DNA of 64,000 nucleotides from Flaccisagitta enflata (Eukaryota): NCBI GenBank assembly GCA_965153355.1, contig OZ231126.1, positions 14,942,001 to 15,006,000 of the forward strand, read 5' to 3'. Shown piece by piece: positions 42,170 to 53,001 of this stretch (position 1 is its first letter; each line of letters starts with the position of its first letter). The notes under the pieces were generated by a model. It saw only the letters and a program-made list of their open reading frames with translations, ran no database searches and was not told where the DNA came from. The position numbers and the translations under genes were made by a program.

Positions 42170-43078
42170 TAGGTATATGAAGTATTTTTTTCAGGATTTT
42201 AAAAACTCTCTACCGTCCTTGTTTTCTCATTATATAGGTGCCGATGGGTGTAAAAACCAAGGATATAGACATTTTTTGGCAAAAAAATCAATTTCTAGCT
42301 GTTTAGCATGAATAAAAAGTAGGTGCTAAATTCCGAGCATTTTTTGAGGCCTCTTGTTTTGCTTTTTTTTTTCATTATACACCATTAGCGATCAATTCCC
42401 ATTGCCATTTTTTGTATTTGGCATAAAGCCATGTGAAAATGCTTTGATTCAAGCCCAACCGGGGGTCGCTAGCTCATTTCGTTGAAGAGATAAACCAATA
42501 TGAAGCCAAAGGTGTCGAGAAGAGAATGGACAAATTTCAGTTGATTTGGTGAGCTGTCTTGTTTCCTGAATAACTTCTAAACGAATTCAGCCACAGACCT
42601 GGGATTGGTCTAGTTTGAAAGATATTCGTCAGTAGATTATGAAAAATGGTATTTTCCAATCAGAGATCCTCAGGGGGCTATATCAAAGGGTCTCAACAAA
42701 GTAAAATGGTAATTGTTATCAACGACTGCATTTTATGTTACTGTATCATTTTCCTTTGTTTCTGCAATTGCTAGTCGCATGATACATAATTCTATAAGCC
42801 ACTTAGGCCAGTCAGCCTGTTGGTATGGCAGTTTATTGGTCTATCCGTTAGTCTGTCACATATTCCTTTCCTGAGGTTTTACACATCTTTTTTTTCTTCA
42901 TTTCATAGCTCTTGTAAATGTCAACCATTTCAGCTATTCTTTTGATTTATTTCATTCATTTCATTTTCATTCATTACATTTTCATTTATTTCATTTTCAT
43001 TCATTTAATTTTCATCCATTCCATTGTCATTTCATTTTCATTCATATCATTTTGATTCATTTCATTTGTTTCTGACTT

Positions 43079-43349
43079 AAACTCGAAAAAAGTTCAAACT
43101 CGAAAAAAGTTCAAACTCGAAAAAAGTTCAAACTCGAAAAAAGTTCAAACTCGAAAAAAGTTCAAACTCGAAAAAAGTTCAAACTCGAAAAAAGTTCAAA
43201 CTCGAAAAAAGTTCAAACTCGAAAAAAGTTCAAACTCGAAAAAAGTTCAAACTCGAAAAAAGTTCAAACTCGAAAAAAGTTCAAACTCGAAAAAAGTTCA
43301 AACTCGAAAGAAGTTCAAACTCGAAAAAAGTTCAAACTCGAAAAAAGTT
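43079..43349. repeat. 17-bp tandem array (aaactcgaaaaaagttc)n, about 16 copies
   Basis: Direct reading; nearly perfect copies. Confidence 0.95.
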
Positions 43350-43354
43350 TTTCT

Positions 43355-43570
43355 GACTCTGCGTTATTGTTTCGACTCGGCGTTGTTGTTCCGACTCGGC
43401 GTTGTTGTTCCGACTCTGCGTTGTTGTTCCGACTCGGCGTTGTTGTTCCGACTCGGCGTTGTTGTTCCGACTCGGCGTTGTTGTTCCGACTCGGCGTTGT
43501 TGTTCCGACTCGGCGTTGTTGTTCCGACTCGGCGTTGTTGTTCCGACTCGGCGTCGTTGTTCCGACTCCG
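43355..43570. repeat. 19-bp tandem array (gttgttgttccgactcggc)n, about 11 copies
   Basis: Direct reading; 19-aa periodicity in the ORF track. Confidence 0.95.
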
Positions 43571-43682
43571 TTTAGACCTATCAGCCATTTCATTCATACC
43601 TTGTTCCTTTTTATCATATCATTCATCACACTTTTTTTTTCTTGTTATGTCATTCATTCATTCATTCGTTCTTCTCTTACTT

Positions 43683-43765
<83 letters not shown>

Positions 43766-44386
43766 ACGAAGAAAACTTATTTTCCCAATAAAACGGTCAA
43801 TGCCATTGGAAAAAGTGTGAAATTTAGATCATTTTCCTTCTTTTACGTATCTCCTGCCATGACTGAAAGCTGCATGAATGATATTTGGTTACTGGCAATC
43901 GAGGAAATTTCGTTAGATTGCAAGCAATGACTTGGTTGCGTCGAAAGAAAACAAAAAAAAACACGGCTGAAGAACGAAGATGAAAAAAATCACAATACCG
44001 GTTACGTTTGGTTTTACAAAATCGCTTCCTGACAAACTCTGACGCAAAGAAAAAAAAATCTGAAAAGTGATTGAAAAAGCTCTCGTTTGGGGTCGTCGGG
44101 TGCGCAATGCAAGGAAACGGGTAGACTTGACAGGAAGGCGTGAGAGGGGAAAGAAAGAAAGATTGAATTAAAAATGATACTTCCCGACGTCAAAAAGTTT
44201 TGAAAAGCGCACCATCTGAAAGAGCACAAAAAGATCTTCCGGGTGCATATTTCATTTAGGATGATTTTACAATTTTGATCGATTTTTCGGGTCTTTCCAC
44301 AAACTCAATGAGCCGCAATTTTCCGTCGTTTCGTTCCGAAAATAATTTCAAGCGCGATTCGAATTACTTGTAAAACCTACCAAAGA

Positions 44387-44996
44387 GATTTATCCTCAAA
44401 GTTTGTCGTTAACGCAGGAAAATGAAGATCCCAGTAAGGCTAATGTTCTTGATATGGAGGTTAGCATCGCAAACTCTATTTGCACTACAAAGGTTTATTG
44501 CAAGACTGATCATTTCCCCTTTGAAGTCATCTCTTTTCCCTTCCTTGAAAGCAACATTGATAATGGTTTATGCTATCGAGTTTTTTACAGTCAGGTCATT
44601 CGATTCCAAAGACTATGCTCCAACTGCCGTGATTTTGAGACAAGGACTAGATATTTAGGTATTGCTCTGAATGGACGTGGTTACGATATCTCTCGACTTG
44701 AAAAGGAATTTTGTAAAGCTGTAAGGAAGTATATCTCTGAGTTCCAAAAGTGGTCTCTTCCTCTTGATTTCAATGCCTGGTTCAAACGCATAATGAATGA
44801 ACGCCGTGACAGTCAGTCTGCTTCAGATGTCTCTATGTCCTCCCAGCCTGTATCCGGTCAATCTGCCTCGCCTGTTCCTGTGTCCTCCCAGCCTGCACCT
44901 AGCCAATCTGCCTCGTCTGTCCCTATATCCTTCTCACAGCCTGTACCTGGTTTTGGCACGCGAAATGGTATTTTGAGTTACTTGAGTCAACCTTAG
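44387..44996 (+). CDS. PLE reverse transcriptase, thumb and C-terminal tail
   Basis: IYPQSLSL..ANVLDMEV..TKVYCKTDHFPF..FPFLESNI..VFYSQVIRFQRLCS..RGY; ends in an SQ/P-rich repeat tail. Confidence 0.9.
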
Positions 44997-47900
44997 AGTG
45001 CTTGCTTTAAGCATGGTGGACTATTTACATAGCCTCAATGAATCTAGCATTTGGCAACTTTTGCTTGCGTACTATTTACATAGACTTAAGCATTTGTTGC
45101 ATACTCTTTTGTTTGACTTACTATAGGTAATTCACCGGTGGCTCTTGTGACTTTCACAGGTTTGAAGATTTTTGATTTTTGTTTTTAAAAATTTTTACAA
45201 AATTTTTGAATTTTGAAAAATCTGAAAAAAAATTTGATTTTAAAATTTTACAATTTTACAATTTTACAAATTTTTTAAAAGGTTTAGTTTTTTGATTCAA
45301 AGATTTTATTATTTTTTGAATTTTGAATTTTGAATTTTGAATTTTGAATTTTGAATTTTGAATTTTGAATTTTGAATTTTGAATTTTGAATTTTGAATTT
45401 TGAATTTAAAATTGTTTTTGAAATTTGAGTTTTTTAAAAATTCAAATTTCAAGTTCTGAAATTTAAGTTTTTGAAAAATTTTTGATTATAAATTCTAATT
45501 AAGATATGGTTTTTAAGGAAAAAACTTATCCCAATCCAATTTTCTGTACTATTTACATAGCCTTTAAGTTGGTTTGGTATAAGACACTTTCATTCTACTC
45601 CTGATCTTAATTTTTCTCCCAACCTACCCCTACCTTACGCCCACCCTCCTACCCCTACCTTCTGCCTACCCTCCTACCTCTACCTCCCACCCACTCTACT
45701 ACCACTACTTTCAACCTAACCCTACCTCCTACTACCTACCTACTCCTACCTCACCCTCTTCCTACCTACCTCCCACCCACCCCTACCTACCTTCCTAGCC
45801 ATACCACCTACCTATCCCTACCACCAGCCTACCCTTGACCACCCACCCTACCTCCTACCTACCCCTACCTCCTACTTACCCCACTTACCACCTTTTGTCA
45901 TTTTGTCACATACCCCTCACCTTCTTTGACCACCAGCTTCTTTGACCTTTTGTTTTTATTTTCAACTGTCCTCACCTGTACCTCTGGCAACTGAAGCCCT
46001 CTTGATCACCTGACCTATCCTCTTCCTTACCCTCACCGTTCCTTACCTTTCCTATCAACACTGTCATTTCATTACACTGCTTCTTCTCCACCACAACTTT
46101 TATCAAACTTTTTATGATTTATTCTCCTATTTTCCTATTATCTCCACTATATTTGGTATGGGTAATAGCAAGGGTGATGGGAAGCCTCTAAACCCGCCAA
46201 GACCATGTGTTGACTTTAAGCACAAGTCTTGCCTGGTCCACAGTCCAGGTTTACTTATCCACTGATAGTCGGAGATACTTTTTACTATCTATATCTTTTG
46301 CTGTTAGTTGAATTAAATGATTAAGTCTTTTAACATCTGATATACAAACAGAGACAAACAGAAAGGAGCAAACAGAGATAGAGAGTGACCGAGAGCTACA
46401 AAGAGAGACTAAGGCTGACAGACAGATAGACGGACAGAGAACCAAAGTTTGAGAATTGCTGTAATGTCTTGTCCTTTTTTTGATTCTATGAGAGGCTTTG
46501 TCCGTCCGTCGGTCTGTTGTTCCGTCGGTAATGATCGAGATAGAAAGTGCGCACATTTCCGCCCCTGCCCACCTGTCCGCGACTGGCAATGTATTCGGCC
46601 TTGTTTCTTTTGTTTTGCTTAACGCATTTCTACTCTGAGAATAGACAACGCCACGAGTTGCGCATTGAAACGCAAACAATGGCACGAGTAGCAAAAAGCT
46701 CAATTTCGCTGTGGGGATTCGCGTCTCCTGCTGCGGATCCATCACCAGTTCTATTTAGCTTACGTATTCCCTACTTTCCTGTTCTGCATCTGTCTAAACT
46801 GAATCTCATTTCCCAGTTCCTAATCAAAACATGGCCCTGACATTTTTTCCTTTACCGTCATCCGAACAGGTTTTTCCATAACTTTCTTCAGAATTAGAAG
46901 ATTTAATGCCAGACAAAACATTTGTTTTTTTAATTTTTGTAAACGAACGGCCTGTTTTCTTCATTTCTTTTAGTGGGACATTATGATTCAGTTTTGGTTC
47001 TTAAAAACTGACCGTCCTCTGCGTTTTCACCTTTGCTAGCTAATTGATGATAAACATCGACGTTACAACTTTATGCAAATGAGGTTTCTGCTCAAGGCCA
47101 AACTAAACAGCGATAGCCCTACTATTTGTTTTACGCTCTTATCTTGTTATCTCATGTGGTCTTGAGCAAAAAACTCAATAAATCAGTCAAATATAAAGGC
47201 AAATAGTAATTATATTCGACGCATTACAAATGTTAGAATAAGTATCACTGCATGAGATAATGTACATGATTGGCACTTCCCACACACGCAAGAACGCGCC
47301 TGAATTAGGGGCGTCGTTTCTATGTCCTTGTGTGCTCTGACATTTATGATGTCTCTACGATTTCATTTAAGCGTCAATAGTTCCGTCATCGCGCAAGCGG
47401 GTTATATGTGATGCCCATGGAGGGATTTTTTTTTAAATGTTGGGAAATGCACAAAAAATATTGAGCGCATGAATTTATGGTATGATACCATGAGCATTTA
47501 AATGTCTCCGACAGCAGCTGTCTTCTGCTCGATTCGAGGAGTTATCCTGAACTGAAGATTCCTGTGCAAGAAATTGGTTATCTTTGATTGACTGATATTT
47601 GATATTTGGTAATTCATGACACTCTGCGCTCGTCAGATTTCTGTATTACTATGCATGTACTCATGAGTGATTTGGAAAAAAAAATATTGTTGCTTCAATC
47701 TCACCATAATTCATTCATTCATTCATTCATTCATTCATTCATTAATTCATTCATTCATTCGTTCATTCTCTAAAACTACCACGAAGATAAGCATATCTCT
47801 GCTAGAACAATAGTCATCCCACATTTAGCTCCATATTTGTCTCCATACTTTTAGTCACGAACTGGCTGTGTCAGTCGGTCCGTCCGGAACAAAAAAAAAT

Positions 47901-48607
47901 GTTAGCGTTTTTTTCACTATTCCCCTCTACCTACCCGTCCGCGACTGGGAGGGAGTATATACGGCCTTGTTATGGCGATATTGAAGTAACAAACATTTTT
48001 ATTTTTCTGCAAATTGCTCATGACTACATACACAGTAATGCAGAAATCCAACAATCACGGAAACACGCTTGCAGGTGAAAGATAAGGCGCGTTTCTAGTC
48101 ACAGACAATCCCTTTTTTAACGGGCCACTTGGTCGCTTGATATGTTTGTTCGCACGCACCGCTCACTCCACTCGCTTGCTTCACAGCGCTCCGCTTTGCT
48201 GCGCTCGCTTCGTTCGGCATGATCTTAGCAGGTGTGAACGAACAATAATATTCTTAGTCAATCTTAGAATGCAAAAAATGCTCGAAATTCAGAAATAGAC
48301 GTACCGACGGACCGACAGACATACCGGCTGACACAGCAAGGTGAAGAGTCGCGTGTCCGCGACTAAAAACAACTTCGTCTAATGTCGACTGTCTGGATTA
48401 GACGACATGAGGCATAGGAACTATGTCAGATTTTGGTATAAGAACAAGACAAGAAATGGACGTTTACGGAAAAAGCAGGTTAGGGGCTGAGGTTGGACGA
48501 TAAAAAAGGAAAGGAAGGGAAGGCAGTAGAAAGGAAAGACGGCATAAAAAGAATGGACGGAAGGAGAGAAATAAGAGAAAAAGTCAATAAGGACAGACGT
48601 TTTTTAC

Positions 48608-48831
48608 CTGATGTTCTTCAAATGGGCCCTCACTTCTTACATCGTGCCCGAGATCGTGAAAATCTCCAGCGTCTTAGCGACGGCACTTTATGTTGTCCTT
48701 CACGGTCCATCGATCCGACTCCCGAACACGTTCCGCTTGAAAACGGTGCAGCCGTTACTCGCGTTCATGATGTCCTAAGCAGAATGACGCGCTTAAAACG
48801 AATTCTTTTGATTCAAATTCTCTTTCCCTCT

Positions 48832-48925
<94 letters not shown>

Positions 48926-50570
48926 CATCAATGACAATGTTCATTACATCTCTCACTGACATTGAGGTTTCCAAAAACGGCGTATTGAAGGATGGTTCGA
49001 AGTGATGCGACCTCTGCATCTCCGCCGACGCGACTTTAAGATGTCATTGTCGCTTTGGGCAAAGGGCGCGGGCTCGCGGTTTCGCATCCCAGCCAATATT
49101 GATGGATAGTCCCCGGTCATCGGGCCCGTGGCGGCTGTCTGTGGTATGAAAAGCTTCGATGCATAATTCCGTTTCATCGACGTATGGGAGCGTAGAGGAC
49201 GTTTCGTCTAGAGCCGTTGCTGAACACACGGATATCGTGTCGCTGCAGTCGTCGTCAAGATCTTTAAAGCGATTGTTTTGAATTTAGAATTAAAATACAG
49301 TTTCTTGTTTCAAACTAACGTTAGAACATCTTACTAGGCTATTTGCATAAGATCAGAGGTCCTACCAATCATCAACGTATGAAAGTACATTTTTTTCTTT
49401 TATAAGAACCTAGTTTATAAGAACATCAAGGCTTCAAATCGCTTCAAAATTAAGAAAATTGTAGTTATTTCATAATATTAGTATCTATCTTTATCTCTTT
49501 TGAAGGCTTCAGCCAAAAAATGACGTTCTTATTTAAAAAAATGTGCATAGATCCTCTCATATACAGCAAAACAGACAATTAGATAATCGTCCGGTATAAA
49601 TAATTTAGTATAAGCGACATAAAAATTATTAGAAATATTCCGTTATGTCTGGATTATAAAGAAAATCATCATTTCCTTTTTGTTTCCTGTCTGTCAGTCA
49701 CATCAGTCGGTCGAAATTTCATATCATGATTGGAGTAAATGTGCAATATTTTTGATGCGCGACCAACCCTTTCACTGACCGTCCATTTCTCAACGCGTTG
49801 CCGTTCTACATTAAGTCAGCTTCGCCGCCCGTGCCGAATAGCGTTCCACGATCGCTCGAAGTGAAAAGAAAAAAAAAATATGCTGAATCTTGACTGATTC
49901 GGAAAAATTTGTTCAACCTAAGGACAGAAACACTCAACGCCAAAAATGTAACGGTTTCCTGCAGATGCGTTAACATTTCATACCGTAACCTAGTATTTCT
50001 ACCTCGTAAAATATTTGATTGTTGTGTCTATCTTAGGGCCACATTTACCGTTATGGAAGGCCAAAACTGCGATCATCGCTCTTTTTTCGGTGGATACGGC
50101 TCTTGCCTTCGGTTTCGAAGGTCGCGGGAACAATCCCCGTCGCGTCTGCGTCCCCTGCTCAGACATAGCATAACTATATTTGCTAGTTAGCTAGTTAGCG
50201 TGTTTTTATGATTACCGTTGAAGCTGACAACACATTGACATGATATCGACAGGAGTCTTACACAAAATGATCCAGTGGCATGGCCCAATGTGGTAGATCG
50301 CATGGCCTCTCTGCAAATCAGATGCCGATTTATGCTTATCAAGCCCGGGTAGGCTCCCCCGGTTAACAACAACAAAAACGTTCGACCTGCTTAGAAGTAA
50401 ACCATTCAATAGCAAATAATGTAAACTTCTGTCTGCCTTATACGGTCAACCATGACAATGTAAACACAGCGTCATGTCGCTAAGTAACGAGCTGAACACA
50501 AACCCTGGAAACACTCACAAACCAAAGGCGCTTACCCGCGTCGAGACCGTAGGCTCTAGATTTTGCTAGG
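48608..50570 (-). other. Possible multi-exon transcript (lncRNA or small protein) divergent from the peptide gene
   Basis: Chain of consensus splice sites giving exons ending 50536, 50216-50386, 50049-50154, 48957-49261, 48608-48774; only short ORFs. Confidence 0.35.
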
Positions 50571-50823
50571 AATTTTTTTTTTTAGGAAAATCCGATTTTG
50601 GGAATAAAGCTTTTTGGTAAGTTAGCACTTTCATTTTAAATAATACGACTTGATAACCTGTAAAGAGTTGAAGTCGCTTTCATGTGACTGAGTAGGCTCG
50701 TTTCGACTGTTTGTTATTTTTTTCGTCACATGCGTTCGTTTGATTCATAGTATATGATATTCATTTATTTATAGCGTTTACGTGTTACACGGCCTTGTTT
50801 TGTATCCAACAAGTGAAACAGTC

Positions 50824-50896
50824 ATGTCTTACAAAACCCTGCTGTTCCTTGTGGCGTTGTTCGGAATGGAAGCCATGGCCCAAAATTACGGTGAGA

Positions 50897-50984
<88 letters not shown>

Positions 50985-51348
50985 ACAAGTACCAACAGAT
51001 GCGGACAGAAACATATGACGGGGCAGATTGTGGGTATGGTGTTGTATTCCTGTTGTATCCCTTTCAATTCAGAGGACGTTGATTTGATTCAACAAAACGA
51101 TGAAACCAAATCAGTTGCCGATCAAGAAAACGCAAGTCAGAACGACATTACAGGTGTGAGAATCAATGGCTGACTCGGCGTGTCAGTCTGTCTGTGTCTG
51201 TAAGCGTGTTAGTGGTAATGACAGACGAACACGTAGGTAAGTTGTTTGATAGGATGTATATTTTTTCTTGCAGTCTCCCAACAACCCGAAGAAGCAGCTG
51301 AAGGAAGTATCGAAGTACCTCACGAAAAAGAAGTCGCAGGTGACGTGC

Positions 51349-51419
<71 letters not shown>

Positions 51420-53001
51420 TTAGTACGTGTACTTGTGCAATATTTAAGATATATCAGCGACCTACCAAAAAGATGATACAGGGTGATTTTTTTCAAGTGG
51501 GGGAAAGTATTAAGACATCAAATTTTTATTTTTCAATTTGAAGATAAACCAAAGTTAGTTTATACTTGCAAACTATTTGACATTTGATATTCAAGAAAGA
51601 AAAAATATTTTTGACCAGTTTTGAATTCAATTTAGCATAGTTGACCATTTTCAATCCATTAAGTTCATATCATTTTTTTTACAATATTGAATTTTTGAAT
51701 TATGCACAAAAAAAACTTATTTTGGTCAAAAAGTTGAATGTCAGTTTACTTTTATCACTAATTTGGATATTTTAACTCTGGTTTTTATTCAAAACAGTTT
51801 TTTACTAAAATTTTGTAATTTCAGCTTCATCCATATAAGTCATGGTGTACAGGAACAGGAAATTTTGGTTACATTTTACTTTTTGCTTATGGTATAGATT
51901 TATAATAAAAAGATATCATTGGCATATCAGATAAGTATTTTTGATATAAGGTATAAGATGTTTTAACAATATTCTTAAACCCAGAATATTAACTGTGGTT
52001 TCATAATGATCAGAAAAAAAAGTTGAATGTTTGAATTCCTTAGAAAAATAGTAAATAAAATTTCAAAACATTGTTAGGTGAAATTACATCACAGCCTCAG
52101 TAGAGAAAATTTTGCATTTCTAAGAACATGGCCCTTTTCTTAAATGCTTTTAAAAAGAGGCTATGTTTTTGAAAATGCAAATTTCTTTATTTTTATGCAA
52201 TAATATAATTTCACCTAACAGGAGTGAGATGACAAAGAATAATTTTCTTTAAAAAATCTTCTTTTTTCTACCCTTTTTCAATACATCATGTGCATCAAAT
52301 CTGTATTTCAGAGATCATCTATGCAAAAATTTATTGTTCAACACTTAAAAAATATTTTTTTCTAAAAAAAAATTATAAAAAGATAATATTAAAAAATATC
52401 TAAAAAATTGTAATGACGCATGAAATTTCTTCTTCCCGTACACTGCGTCATAAGCAATTTCATAAAAAAAACATTGATTTTCCTGAAATTTTGGGTTTGA
52501 TAAAAATATAAACAAAATTTGCCAAAAATATTTTTTCTTTCTTGAAAAGTAAATGTCAAGTAGTTTGCAACTATAAACTAATTTTGGTTCATCCTGAAAT
52601 GTCATAACTAGAATTTGATGCCTTAATACTTTCCCCCACTTGAGAAAAATCACCCTGTATTTGAGAATCTATCAGATAACTTCTTTCTCAATTTTTTAGA
52701 GAGAGCGGCGGCGTTTTTCGGACGGAGGAAAGTCGGTAATCGTAGAAGATTCAAGAAACGCTGCAGAGGCCGCCGCTGTAGACGTCCAAACAAACGCTGC
52801 AGAGGCATCCGCTGTAGACGTCCCAACAGTGGTAGCAACGGCGGTTTAAATGGCGTATTGGGAAACGCCCTGGGAGTTCTCGATACCGGCGCTCAACTCG
52901 TCAATACGGGCCTCGCTATCCATGATATGGTCAATGGCGCAAACGGAGGTGAAAACGCAGGCCAAGACTACAATCAGCAATACGCCTATTACGGAGAATA
53001 A
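50824..53001 (+). CDS. 171-aa secreted prepropeptide, antimicrobial-peptide/toxin-like; exons 50824-50890, 51073-51153, 51274-51339, 52700-53001
   Basis: Three phase-1 GT-AG introns, 516 nt. MSYKTLLFLVALFGMEAMA-QNYEDVDLIQQNDETKSVADQENASQNDITVSQQPEEAAEGSIEVPHEKEVAER-AAAFFGRRKVGNRRRFKKRCRGRRCRRPNKRCRGIRCRRPN-SGSNGGLNGVLGNALGVLDTGAQLVNTGLAIHDMVNGANGGENAGQDYNQQYAYYGE*; AATAAA near 53077. Confidence 0.85.
51479..52657. mobile_element. Tc1/mariner-type MITE in intron 3 of the peptide gene
   Basis: ta|cagggtgatttttttcaagtgggggaaagtattaag ... cttaatactttcccccacttgagaaaaatcaccctg|ta; TIR extends >100 bp; AT-rich and non-coding. Confidence 0.92.

Larger units (their letters stand above)
42170..44379. 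mobile_element. 2.2-kb non-autonomous TIR element interrupting the RT
   Basis: Direct repeat ccaaaga at 42163-42169 and 44380-44386; imperfect TIR taggtatatgaagta / tacttgtaaaaccta; removing it restores ...IAKEIYPQSL... in frame. Confidence 0.88.
41001..46330 (+). mobile_element. Penelope-like retroelement, Naiad-type (C-terminal RT), 5'-truncated and interrupted
   Basis: RT ORF in two pieces, no GIY-YIG domain after the thumb, ~1.3-kb 3' region with (TTTTGAA)n and CCTAC-rich tracts; degenerate AG/ACAG microsatellite on both flanks. The 3' boundary is approximate. Confidence 0.8.

Noticed and set aside
43079-43570. CRISPR-like arrays
   Set aside because: Pure tandem repeats without spacers.
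42170-44379. Insertion in the RT read as a spliceosomal intron
   Set aside because: The AG|GTATAT donor with nearby AG acceptors does not restore the frame, whereas TSD plus TIR explains it exactly.
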